Positions 41,700-52,386 are shown, counted from the first letter of the stretch. The stretch is DNA of 63,859 nt from Phoronis australis (GCA_002633005.1 NMRA01000371.1:124001-187859); one strand, 5' to 3'. Made by a program: numbers and translations. Notes: generated from the letters alone by a model not told the origin.

Positions 41700-43232
41700 G
41701 AGGACGGCTTCGGCCGAGCCGCAACTCGGGCGGCGCAGCCGGGGAACGACCGCAGGAGACGCGTGTCGGGAACCAAAAGCGGGAGGCGAGATTCGGCCGA
41801 GCTGCCATGGGCTGCGCGTGTAGGGGAACAATGGTGGGAGGTAGGCCTCGGCCGAGCTGGAGTAAGCAGCGCGTGACGGGGACCGAAGGAGGAATGCGGG
41901 CCTCGGTCGAGCTGCAGAAGGCGGCGGAGATGCCGGAGTAGGCTACGGGGGGACGCAAGAGCCCGGCGGACTTCGGCTAAGCTTCCGAAAGCAGCGCCGT
42001 CGGGGACAGACGGCTGGAGACGGGCATCAACCAGGCTGCCGCAGGAGGTGCAGACTCGCGCACAGACGGCAGCTAGGCGGGCCTCGGCCAGGCTGCCGAA
42101 GGCAACACAGGCACGGAGCGACTACACTGAGGTACGTACGTGGGAGAGCCTCGGCGGAATACCGGAGCCAGCGCAGGCGTGGTGGCAGGTAGGCGGGCCT
42201 CCGCCGGCCGAGCTGCCGAAGTAAGCGCAGACGCGGACCGATGTAGCGCCGGGTAGGCGGGCCTCCGCCGAGCTGCCGAAGGCAGCGCAGACGCGGACCG
42301 ACGTACCAGGTAGGCGGGACTCAGCCGAGTAGCCGAAGGCGGCGCAGAATTGGAACGACGCAGCGGGCAGGCGGGCCTCGGCCAACGTGGACCGACAAAG
42401 CGGTCAGGCGAGCCACAGCCGGGCTGCCGAAGGCATCGCACTCGTGGACCAGCGACGTACGCGGGTAGTCGGGCCTGGTCCAATCCAAGGAAGGCAGCGC
42501 TGACGCCGGCAGACCGACTTAGCTGGTAGACGGGCCTCGTCCAAGCTGCCGGCGCAGACGCGGGCCGACATAGTAGGTAGGCGGGCCGTGTCAGAGCTGC
42601 CGAAGGCAGCGCAGACGCGGGCCGACGTAGCTGGCAGGCTCGGACAGACGTGGCACGTAGACGGTCATCGGCCTTGCCGCAGAAGGCAGCGCCGGATCGG
42701 ACCGACGTGGCACGTACGCGGCCGTCGGCAAAGCCACCGAAGGCAGCGCCGCCCGGGCTCGGACCGACGTGGCACGTAGGCGGCCCTCGGACAAGCCGTC
42801 GAACTGAAGGCAGCGCCGACTCGGGCCGACGGGGCACTTAGTCGGACCTCGGACAAGCTGCAGGAGGCTAGGCGGGCTCGTGCCGACGTGGCACTTTGGC
42901 GGGCCCAGCCAAGCTGCCGAAGGCAGCGCAGGCACGGCACGACCTTAGCACTTTGGAAGGCCCAACCAGGCTGCCGAAGGCAGCGCAGGCACGGCACGAC
43001 GTTGCATTTGGCGGGCCCAGCCAAGAAGCCGAAGGCCGCAGCGCAGGCAGGCTCCGACGTAGCACTTAGGCGGGCCTCAGCCAAGCTGCCGAAGGCAGCG
43101 AAGGCAGGCTCCGACGTAGCACTTAGGTGGGCCCCAGCCAAGCTGACAAAGGCAGCGCAGGCAGGCTCCGACGTACCACTTAGGCGGGCCCCAGCCAAGC
43201 TGCCGAAGGCAGCGCAGGCAGGCTCCGACGTA
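41700..43232. repeat. GC-rich ~60-bp tandem array with GCTGCC-GAA-GGCAGC hairpin core
   Basis: About 25 units, near-identical at the right end (truncated by N at 43233) and progressively more diverged leftwards. Confidence 0.9.
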
Positions 43233-43739
43233 NTTGGAAAGAATACTTTGTTCGTTTTATTATTATCATGAGGGACATTTGTGTGCCATAAATTATTTTC
43301 GTCACACGAGCCTGTGGGACTTAAGTACATCAGTAGAGGTCTTGGCTCTGTTTTTTGGGTAATTCCTCTTTCTGAGAGTTGGATAAAGCAAAAGAAAACG
43401 AATACCAAGCTCTTTACAACACTATATACTATGTACAAGGTCCAGACGTTTTGTTACTTAGCTTAGAACGTCGTCTGTGAAAACCACACAGCTACAAGGT
43501 GAACACTGCTGACTAATTATGCGCCCACATATTTATATGTGGACGCATTATATATTAGTATTGTAAATATGACATCGTTGGCAAAAGCATTTATTTGTTT
43601 TTGTTTTCTTTTGTTAATTTGGCTAAAAATGAGAATTATCAGTTGGCTATAAGGAAGGTCCATGCTGATTCTGTTGAAGACCATTGTCCATAGTAAAATG
43701 GAACAAGTGATTTCTAAGTAGACTAAGTATAATTGCTTA

Positions 43740-44292
43740 GGGATCTGTTTCATGAAAGTGACTTAAGTCTTAAGTCAGAAATTTGACCTCATGCTCCCAC
43801 TTGGCAGTTGTCAAATAAAGATTTAGTCATGTATTTATCAGCTCATCACTGCCCGAAAATAACTTATACAAATAACATGTACAGATAACACGTACAGATA
43901 GCATGTACAAATAACATATATAAATAACATGTACAAATAACATGTACAAATTACATGTGCAAATAACATGTACAAATAACTGTACCGATAACATGTACAG
44001 ATGACATGTACAGATAACATGTACAAATAACATGTACAAGTAATATGTACAAATAACATGTACAAATAACATGTAAAAATAATTGTACAGATAACATGTA
44101 TAGATAACATGTACAGCTAACATGTACAAGTAACATGTACACATTTTCTCAGTAAGTAACAGTTATGAGTATATTCTCAGGTAGTTTATTCTTTTTTAAA
44201 GCGAGTTTCAATTATTTTTAAAACTTAAAATGTGGAGCTTATAACTAAATTTCTGTCTTGAGTCTGTAAGTCACTTTCATGAAACGGACCCC
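43740..44292. mobile_element. MITE (GGG termini, Harbinger/Zator-like) with internal 13-bp minisatellite
   Basis: TIR GGGATCTGTTTCATGAAAGTGACTTA / TAAGTCACTTTCATGAAACGGACCCC; flanks TTA/TGA; (ACAAATAACATGT)n at ~43867-44142. A shorter relative without the array lies at ~58813-59090. Confidence 0.72.
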
Positions 44293-44496
44293 TGATCAAA
44301 ATTAGATGAAGACATAAGAGTTTTTTGACTGAGAATGTTGGGACTGTTGTCTGTGTACAACGTTATGCAGTGCATACAATGTGTCTGAAACTTCCGTATA
44401 TTTCTTGATCTTCCGGGAAATTGAGAGTGTGTATCTATGTTGTAAGCTGTCATGTTTGTAACCAGTGTATGTGTACAAGATTGACTGCTTCCACTC

Positions 44497-44679
44497 TAAC
44501 TGTACTAATCAATGTATGTATAATGTAATTGTCCAGTTATTCAAGTTGGTTCTTGTCTAACTGTACTAATCAATGTATGTATAATGTAATTGTCCAGTTA
44601 TTCAAGTTGGTTCTTGTCTAACTGTACTAATCAATGTATGTATAATGTAATTGTCCAGTTTTTCAAGTTGGTTCTTGTC
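44497..44679. repeat. 61-bp tandem repeat x3 next to a ZRSR2 acceptor
   Basis: TAACTGTACTAATCAATG...GGTTCTTGTC at 44497, 44558, 44619. Confidence 0.92.
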
Positions 44680-44691
44680 GTTTTGTTTCAG

Positions 44692-44800
44692 GCAATGGCA
44701 GCACAATCTTTGGTTGCAACGCGAAGCTGAGGCTCAAAGAGAGTGGAAATGGAAGAAACAACGAGAGGAGAAGGAGAGGCTGAGACTGGAGGAAGAGGAG
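44692..44800 (+). CDS. ZRSR2: ZRSR2/Urp coding exon (coiled coil; first exon found, not the true first)
   Basis: tttgtttcAG| ... |GTAGGT; 109 nt, QWQHNLWLQREAEAQREWKWKKQREEKERLRLEEEE, resembling ZRSR2 RLHEEWLLREQKAQEEF. Confidence 0.88.
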
Positions 44801-45015
44801 GTAGGTGGCGCTGTTGTGCTTGAGTGGCTGTCGGCTTGAAATAACGTTTCCTATACGAATCCTGCTGAAACTCAGCTTCTATAAGCTGAATTACCAAATT
44901 ATTTGCAAGCGACCTGACGCACGTACCAGGTGTGTGCAGGCCACTCAGGTGGGGCCCATTGCAATACTCTCCTGGAATCATAAGCTTTATTGATTAAGTG
45001 AGCTGAGAAGCTTAA

Positions 45016-45262
45016 GACCTGACTCAAGGGTCTAGCATTGTGCCCCAGTGGGACCTGACTCGAGGGTTTAGCAGTGTGCCCCAGTGGGACCTGACTCAAG
45101 GGTCTAGCATTGTGCCCCAGTGGGACCTGACTCAAGGGTCTAGCAGTGTGCCCCAGTGGGACCTGACTCAAGGGTCTAGCAGTGTGCCCCAGTGGGACCT
45201 GACTCAAGGGTCTAGCATTGTGCCCCAGTGGGACCTGACTCAAGGGTCTAGCAGTGTGCCTC
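45016..45262. repeat. 36-bp minisatellite x~7
   Basis: GACCTGACTCAAGGGTCTAGCA(T/G)TGTGCCCCAGTGG repeated. Confidence 0.92.
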
Positions 45263-45433
45263 GGTGGGTCTCGAACTCACAAACTTCAGAATAGGAATGG
45301 GTCACCCGGTCCACTAGGGCGGCCTGCGCACGTCTGGTACAATGTGTACTGGACTGCCTGCAGTTATTTTTTTATCCCACTAGGGCGTGCTGTCTCCTCT
45401 TGTTTAGCTGAGTTAGTTGTGGTTGTGTTACAG

Positions 45434-45517
45434 AGAAGGATTAAAGAGGAATGGGAGGAGAGACAAAGGGAAGAGAAAGAGAGAGAAGAGAAGGAAGCAA
45501 AGAGAAAAGTTGAACAG
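45434..45517 (+). CDS. ZRSR2: ZRSR2 coding exon (coiled coil)
   Basis: ttacAG| RRIKEEWEERQREEKEREEKEAKRKVEQ |GTGAAG (weak U2 donor); 84 nt, phase 0-0. Confidence 0.88.
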
Positions 45518-45549
45518 GTGAAGGGGCGCCAGTGGTGCTTCTGTGACAC

Positions 45550-45946
45550 ATATCCTCAACTGCAATTGGTTATTTTTCACTGGTTCCTGTGTTTTTACAA
45601 TCCACTGCTATTATGAATGGTATCGTTATTCCATAGAGGGAGATCACGTTTTAGTGCACTATTTCACATGCCTGCGCAATAAGCTCCAGTTATGAAGTGA
45701 CACGCGTTCTAGCGTGTCAGGTTGCTATGCTGGATTTCTGTTTACAAGTTTTTAGCATTCAAGGCTTTAGTCTTACTGTGTTGTGTAAGGATAAGAATAC
45801 AAAATGCAAAACGCTTCATAGGATTTTCGAGAAAGGCTTATTTAGGTTTTTTGTATCCTGAGTAAAATGCATGGGAAACTTCGTATTGTTAGTGTGGTAT
45901 TTCTGTTTGTGATATTGTATTGTTAATAACCTTAACTATTTGACAC
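45550..45946 (+). other. Putative U12-type AT-AC intron nested in ZRSR2 U2 intron
   Basis: 5' ATATCCTC at 45550; branch site ACCTTAAC at 45929-45936; CAC ending at 45946, 11 nt after the branch A. Confidence 0.7.
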
Positions 45947-45999
45947 TCGGACGACATCATGCGCTATGTATACTATGTATACTATTGCTGGTGGGTGAA
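45947..45999 (+). other. Putative poison exon between the two U12 introns
   Basis: 53 nt bounded by U12 signals; in the ZRSR2 frame reads TRTTSCAMYTMYTIAGG then TGA at 45996-45998. Confidence 0.65.
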
Positions 46000-46810
46000 G
46001 TATCCTTGACTGGACTCTCCATTTTCAGTTCATATTCCATTGTATGGTTGAATGAACATCTCCATAGCAACACATGCAGGCACATTAAAGCAACACTCTT
46101 TCCCAATCTTCAACGGGGAGTTTCCCGTTTTCTTCACTAAAGACTGAGTTAAGGTTATGAAGACCATTATCGACATGTCTGTGCACTTAGTAAAATCTCT
46201 AGAAAACTAAGTTTTAGCTCAGTCTGTAAAAGTATATATTTTCTGAAAATAGAAAGCCTGTATTTTTTTACTTTTTACCGTTCAACTATTAATAGGGTCA
46301 TGTGACCGTGTCTTTTGGGTAAAATTTAGCAAAGAAGAAAGATACATTGATTACAAAACAACAGTAACATGATCCAATTTTATGTGACATAATTGTTCAA
46401 AGTGAGGTATCACAAACGCTGTTACAATTTTCGAAAGTATCTTTTCTTATCATTTTATTTAACTTAAAGAATTTTCTTGATAATCATAAAATTTCTATAT
46501 TATGATAGCCCTTCATACACAAGTGGAAAATCTTAAAAACCATTCTTAACAGCATTTTTATAATTACTGGATAAAGCATCGCATGTGAAAGTTTGGTATG
46601 AAGCCAGTCGGCCATTTGTGAGATATGGTGTTACGAAGTCAGTCAAATTTGGCCAGTTCTGTATAACCTTGAGTTCGGCGACTGTTTCTGTAGCTTGTTT
46701 GTGCACATCAAGCTTGGTCTCCATCAGTTTGTGCCACGTTGATGTTTATGATTTTATTAAACTGTCATGCACACTGTTCAGATTGTTCACCAACTTAACC
46801 TCAAGTTCAG
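46000..46810 (+). other. Putative U12-type GT-AG intron nested in ZRSR2 U2 intron
   Basis: 5' GTATCCTT at 46000; branch-like ACTTAAC at 46793-46799; CAG ending at 46810, 12 nt after the branch A and 32 nt upstream of the U2 acceptor. Confidence 0.68.
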
Positions 46811-46842
46811 CTTATTCAGATAAACCGCTGCCACTGTTGTAG

Positions 46843-46881
46843 GAAAGACTCCTGAAAGAAGCCACGGCTAATGAGAAAAAG
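46843..46881 (+). CDS. ZRSR2: ZRSR2 39-nt exon
   Basis: ttgtAG| ERLLKEATANEKK |GTATGA; phase 0-0; corresponds to the short EALQKMLDQAENE segment of vertebrate ZRSR2. Confidence 0.82.
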
Positions 46882-47770
46882 GTATGAGTCTAGTAGCAGA
46901 TCTGGTAAAGACATTTTGTGGGATCGTGTTTTGCATGTCATTCATCTTCAGACATTGACAAGAATGTTAGAATGAAAAATGAGCAGGTTAAGGAAAACAT
47001 GAAGTCTAGTTGAACGTTTGTAGAAAGAATATGTGGTCTGTATTCTGCATCCTATTTCATAAAAGTGACTTTAATAAGAATTAAGGCAGAAATTTGGTCT
47101 TACACTCCCAGTCCACAGTTGCTGTATAAGGGTTTAGCCAAGTAGCTATCAGCGCATCGTAGTCTGTAAAAATGTTTTATAGAAATTATCCCAGTAAACA
47201 GAAATTGTCGGTATATTGCAAGAGACTTTACATTTTTGCTTAAGGAAGATTTAATGAATACTTGTGTGGAGCATAAGACCCAAGTTTCAGTCTTGATTCT
47301 TAGGTCATTTTTCATGAAACAGACGACTGGTGTTGAAAGTTGTGTCATGTGGCGACCCCTGTTATTGACCTCTCAACAGACAGATGATCAGTTTGAATGC
47401 GTTTGCATCTAAGAGTAAAGACTTGTAGGATTCGATGATCCATCATTTGCATTTCCCTGTATGTGTCAATCACATGTGTATGTGTCAGTCACATGTGTAT
47501 GTGTCAGGGCTCGACGTTATTCAAATCACCAGATTGCATTTTGCGACCTAGCCAAAATCCCAGGTTGCATTTTCAAAATCCAGCTCGCATTCTTAAATGC
47601 CAGGTCGCAAAAATTTCCCGCCATTTTTACGCTCCAAAATCGATTTTTTAGATTACCGAGAAAATGTATAGATTATGCTCTTACCTGCAGCGTTAAATAC
47701 TGACAAATTTCAGATCGCAAAATTGAGTTCGTTCATGCAGGTACGGTATTACTGTTCCTCACGACGGCTA

Positions 47771-48264
47771 NNNNNNNNNNNNNNNNNNNNNNNNNNNNNN
47801 NNNNNNNNNNNNNNNNNNNNNNNNNNNNNNNNNNNNNNNNNNNNNNNNNNNNNNNNNNNNNNNNNNNNNNNNNNNNNNNNNNNNNNNNNNNNNNNNNNNN
47901 NNNNNNNNNNNNNNNNNNNNNNNNNNNNNNNNNNNNNNNNNNNNNNNNNNNNNNNNNNNNNNNNNNNNNNNNNNNNNNNNNNNNNNNNNNNNNNNNNNNN
48001 NNNNNNNNNNNNNNNNNNNNNNNNNNNNNNNNNNNNNNNNNNNNNNNNNNNNNNNNNNNNNNNNNNNNNNNNNNNNNNNNNNNNNNNNNNNNNNNNNNNN
48101 NNNNNNNNNNNNNNNNNNNNNNNNNNNNNNNNNNNNNNNNNNNNNNNNNNNNNNNNNNNNNNNNNNNNNNNNNNNNNNNNNNNNNNNNNNNNNNNNNNNN
48201 NNNNNNNNNNNNNNNNNNNNNNNNNNNNNNNNNNNNNNNNNNNNNNNNNNNNNNNNNNNNNNNN
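47771..48264. other. Assembly gap
   Basis: Run of N. Confidence 0.99.
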
Positions 48265-48720
48265 GACAAAATTATGTTTATGACCATTATGCGGACAAAA
48301 TTATGTTGATGACCATTATGCGGACAAAATTATGTTTATGACCATTATGCAGACAAAATTATATTGATGACCATTATGCAAACAAAATTATGTTTGTGAC
48401 CATTATGCAGACAAAAATATGTTTATGATCATTATGCGGACAAAATTATGTTGATGACTATTATGCAGTCAAAATTATGTTGATCATTATGCGGACATAA
48501 TTATGTTGATGATCATTATGCGGACAAAATTATGTTTATGACCATTATGCGGACAAAATTATGTTGATGACCATTATGCGGACAAAATTATGTTTATGAC
48601 CATTATGCAGACAAAATTATGTTGATGATCATTATGCGGATAAAATTATGTTGATCATTATGCGGACAAAATTATGTTGATGACCATTATGTGGACAAAA
48701 TTATGTTGATGATCATTATG
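48265..48720. repeat. ~29-bp minisatellite
   Basis: GACAAAATTATGTT(G/T)ATGACCATTATGCG repeated, beginning at the gap edge. Confidence 0.92.
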
Positions 48721-48724
48721 CCAG

Positions 48725-48864
48725 GCGTGCGTTCAGTAGACGCTAGGACCTAGCTAAAACCTAGTCAAGGTCACGTGTTCTAATTTAAAATGCACGGCAA
48801 TATCTCACATAATCTCGCGAAGTCTTACTTTTTAGCGAGGTCCTAGTGTTACTGAACGGGAGGC
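48725..48864. mobile_element. ~140-bp hairpin MITE inserted in hAT5-like copy 2
   Basis: Inverted repeat CGTTCAGTAGACGCTAGGACCTAGCTAAAA / TTTTAGCGAGGTCCTAGTGTTACTGAACG; absent at the matching position of copy 1 (~3355). Confidence 0.6.
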
Positions 48865-49774
48865 ACATTTCTTCCGAGAAGTGTAAAAACTCAGCTCGCA
48901 TACGTTGGAAATTCCAGGTCGCATTTAGCGATTTGATACGAGCTGACAAAAATCTCAGCTCGCATTTCCAAATTTCAGGTCGCAAATGCAACCTGCAGCT
49001 CGTTATGTCGAGCCCTGTGTGTCAATCACATGGCAATTTCAGTGAATTTCATGACTGTGTACCTTTAAATACAATATTCTTCATACTGCATACTTTTAGA
49101 CACATTCATTACTTGCACACTTTGGTGGCATTGCAATAATGATTGTTGTGTATTGTGGCTTATGACACAATGCCTCATTTTAGCTTCAGTTTTGTAATGC
49201 AAACGTGAAAGCGCGCCTGTTCCAAACATGCAGATCCATTGTAGTTTAGACATAAAACCCTGTTTTCAAGCATAATGGCGAATTCATGCAAGTAGTATAT
49301 GTAGGCAAGAAATGTGCCAGCCAATCAAATATTTGAACTGTTTGACAATGACTCACGAAACGTTTGACACCTGTTGTCAGTTTTTATTCAAAGAAAATGA
49401 CACCTGTTAGCCAATTTACTACTTGCACACTTTGGTGGCGCTGCAAAATTGATAGTTGTGGATTGTTGTTTAGGGCACAATGCCTCATTTTAGCATCAGT
49501 TTTAACAACACAAACGTGAAAGCGCATGTGTTCCAAACATGCAGAACCATTTGTAGTTAGGACACAACACCTCATTTTCAAACATAATAGCGAATTTGTG
49601 CAACAAGGGAATTATGCTTCACTCTGTAACCAACCTTGCTCTATCCAGGTACATCACATGTTTATAATATGGTTTCATCCAACTTTGTCATTTGTGATCA
49701 ACTACCTTTGAAACCAACTCATGCCATAATTGACCATGCCTGTTTGTTTAATCTGTCCCTTAATTAGTCCTTTG

Positions 49775-49895
49775 GCTCTACTAACTGTATATATATAGTG
49801 GTGTTGCTCTACTAACTGTATATATAGTGGTGTTGCTCTACTAACTGTATATATAGTGGTGTTGCTCTACTAACTGTATATATAGTGGTGTTGCT
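49775..49895. repeat. 29-31-bp tandem repeat x4 containing TACTAAC
   Basis: GCTCTACTAACTGTATATATAGTGGTGTT; TACTAAC at 49779, 49810, 49839, 49868. Confidence 0.92.
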
Positions 49896-49904
49896 GTACA
49901 ACAG

Positions 49905-50017
49905 GTTGATGGTGAAGCTTGGCACAATCCCATCGCCCCTGTACAGTACGGTGAAGAGAGGAAAGTGGAACTGTGTCCCTTTTTCATGAAGACTGGCGCC
50001 TGCAGATTTGGTGAGAG
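49905..50017 (+). CDS. ZRSR2: ZRSR2 exon, start of CCCH finger 1
   Basis: acaacAG| VDGEAWHNPIAPVQYGEERKVELCPFFMKTGACRFGER |GTAAGA; 113 nt. Confidence 0.93.
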
Positions 50018-50099
50018 GTAAGAGCAAGCACCTATTAGCAGGGCTTGGAATTTTCCTATTTTAAGAGGATTTCCTCTTTTTGGTTTCAATTTCCTCTTA

Positions 50100-50916
50100 G
50101 GGCTGTTCCAGCAAAATCTGTATGGGAGGGGGATAAGGCACTTTTATTTCGTACCCACCACCCATATTTTTCATTTATTTGTCCAACCCATAATCCATAA
50201 TTTTTTAATTATTTGTAATAGGTTAAAATATAAATACCAACACTTGCAAACAAATTGCCTCCAGGAGGACCTGTTAATAACTTAGATGATTGACAGACAA
50301 GAACTAGTTGTCTTGTCCAATATTGTCAAAAACTAAAGTAACCTGTGAGCAATACTTTTGGCAGCCACCAGGTATCTCTGTTCACCATGTGTCTATAATT
50401 TCAATGAACATTTTTTCAATTATAAGGGTCTATGAAACTCAAACTGTCTCCACGAACTCTTTTCTACTTATATGTCAAGTGAATTTTGGAACTTGTTTAT
50501 CTTACTCCTCATACTTTTTATTTAAAAATCATCAATTTTCTTATTATGTGTTAACACCAGTTTAGTGTTGCATAACTTCAGTAGGACTGCAGACAAACAG
50601 TTGGCTCAAATCAAGTTGCCCATGACTTGATTAATGGCTTAGTGAACATATTGCACTCTTTTCACTGGCAATATGGTTTTTTTTTGTATTGGGGATAAGT
50701 TAGATTTATGCCAATTGCATTTGTTTGAGTTTTGGCAGCTGAAGTAACCAACCTGTCAACATTAACAGGTCAAAAAATACCACCCATTTCTAATGCATCA
50801 CTTCTTACAGGAACGACCACCCATAATTTGAGTTTTTTTCTGAAGACCACCACCCATGAATTTTTATTTCTACTGCCGTCCCCCCCCCTCCCACATGGAT
50901 TTTACTGGAACAGCAC
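50100..50916. mobile_element. MITE with TTA TSD (Harbinger/Zator-like), nested in an older CAGGGCTTGGAA-ended element (50039-51061)
   Basis: TIR GGGCTGTTCCAGCAAAATCTGTATGGGAGGGG / CCCCTCCCACATGGATTTTACTGGAACAGCAC; TTA on both sides. Confidence 0.75.
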
Positions 50917-51193
50917 TTATTTATTTCCAGTTTCCTCTTTCTCATTATTTTGACTTAATTCAGGTTTGTAAATTTTTCTAACACATAAGGCAATTGATTT
51001 GTGGAATGATACGTAACTTGGAAAATTTTCCTCTTTTTGTCATTGGTCATTCCAAGCCCTGTGTTGGAGAACTTTTTGTGAGAGTTGAGCTCAGTTATTT
51101 GTCTTTGTCAAAAAAATGTTGAAGATAAACAAGAATATCACATTCATATCACTTGACTGTGTATTCAATGATTGTTGGTGTGTATGCTTCTAG

Positions 51194-51300
51194 GTGTTCA
51201 CGAGGTCATGATTACCCAGAATCCAGTTGTACACTGCTGTTTCCTGGCATGTACGCCCACTTTAGTCTGGAACAAGCTCTGCATGATGAATATGACACAG
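51194..51300 (+). CDS. ZRSR2: ZRSR2 exon, end of CCCH1 / start of UHM-RRM
   Basis: cttctAG| CSRGHDYPESSCTLLFPGMYAHFSLEQALHDEYDT |GTAGGC; 107 nt, phase 2-1. Confidence 0.92.
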
Positions 51301-51303
51301 GTA

Positions 51304-51518
51304 GGCATCTGATATATATAGGCATCTGACATACAAGTTGGCATCTGACATATACAAGTTGGCATCTGACATATACAAGTTGGCATCTGACATATACAGG
51401 CGGGCNNNNNNNNNNNNNNGGCATCTGACATATACAGGCGGGCATCTGACATATACAGGCGGGCATCTGACATATACAGGCGGGCATCTGACATATACAG
51501 GCGGGCATCTGACATATA
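51304..51518. repeat. 21-bp minisatellite starting at a ZRSR2 donor
   Basis: GGCATCTGACATATACA(AGTT/GGCG) repeated; short N run inside. Confidence 0.9.
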
Positions 51519-52223
51519 TGATACTCTTCTTGTGCTCACATCAGGGTTGTCTACTTTCTTTGTATCAATGTTGGTTATTTGTTTTAACCACTATTTTTGG
51601 ATTTGCATAAGTTGGATCTTTGTTTAATTTGGAAAAAGTTCCATGGATTTTCTAGTTTGTACACGAGGCTCTTCATATAAGTTGGATTTCACCTTTACTT
51701 GCCCAAAATCCCTTGATCTGTTTGGAGCTGACTTGTGGAGTCTTTGTCTGTATTGTTATCACCCAACAAGAACTTGTCGCATGGCATTGTTGATTTCTTG
51801 GTGGCTTCTGCTACCAACTTGTAAAGCTCTGGAATTTCACATTCTCTCCCCCTCCCTCTCCCCCTCCCTCTCCCTCTCCCCCTCCCTCTCCCCCTTCATC
51901 CTTCCTACCTTTCCACCCGTACCTGCCTCTCTCCCCCCTGCTGGTATGACGTCATGACGAGGGTTGGCGAATCTGATTTAGTCAGCGAATGTGATTGGTT
52001 GACTAAGTCTCAATATACGATCGTAAGAAGTGTCTAGATGGAAAAGCTCCGAGCTTTCATTTGTTTAACGATCACCTGCTGTCCTGATATGATCCATATG
52101 ATGAATCAATTGGAATCTATGTCCAAGACTTGGTGCACTTGTATAAATGGCTTCTATCTCCTACAAAAGCCTCTTGAGTTAAAGATTGTCAAGTTTAGTT
52201 TGACTTGTTTGTTTCTGTTACAG

Positions 52224-52386
52224 ATTTCAACCTTGAGTATGAAGACACTGAAATGAGGAAACACTTTGATGACTTCTATCGGGACATTGTTCCTGAGTTC
52301 AAAAAGATAGGTCAGGTGCTACAGGTAAAGGTGTGTCGAAACTATGAACCACACCTGAGGGGCAACGTCTACATACAGTATCGCAG
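52224..52386 (+). CDS. ZRSR2: ZRSR2 exon, UHM-RRM
   Basis: ttacAG| FNLEYEDTEMRKHFDDFYRDIVPEFKKIGQVLQVKVCRNYEPHLRGNVYIQYR |GTGAGA; 163 nt. Confidence 0.95.

Larger units (their letters stand above)
47505..49017. mobile_element. hAT5-like element, copy 2 (spans assembly gap)
   Basis: Same TIRs and highly similar ends as 1515-3505; TSD TGTGT at 47500-47504 and 49018-49022; interrupts a 19-bp tandem repeat. Confidence 0.8.

Noticed and set aside
41700-43232. CRISPR array (palindromic repeat, regular spacing, polarity)
   Set aside because: The sequences between hairpins are homologous to each other rather than unique spacers; no cas genes; eukaryotic context.
42073-43438. Long ORFs (254 aa, 257 aa and others) in the GC-rich array
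   Set aside because: Stop-poor GC repeat; the repeat peptide switches frame between units and ORFs are open on both strands.
43827-45294. Repetitive ORFs (YMLFVHVICTC, PLSQVPLGHTAR)
   Set aside because: Translations of 13-bp and 36-bp minisatellites.
47675-48287. 202-aa and 184-aa ORFs
   Set aside because: Made of N-gap codons.
50039-51061. 6-bp TSD (hAT6-like) for the CAGGGCTTGGAA element
   Set aside because: Flanks TATTAG and TGTTGG differ at two of six positions; too weak to call.
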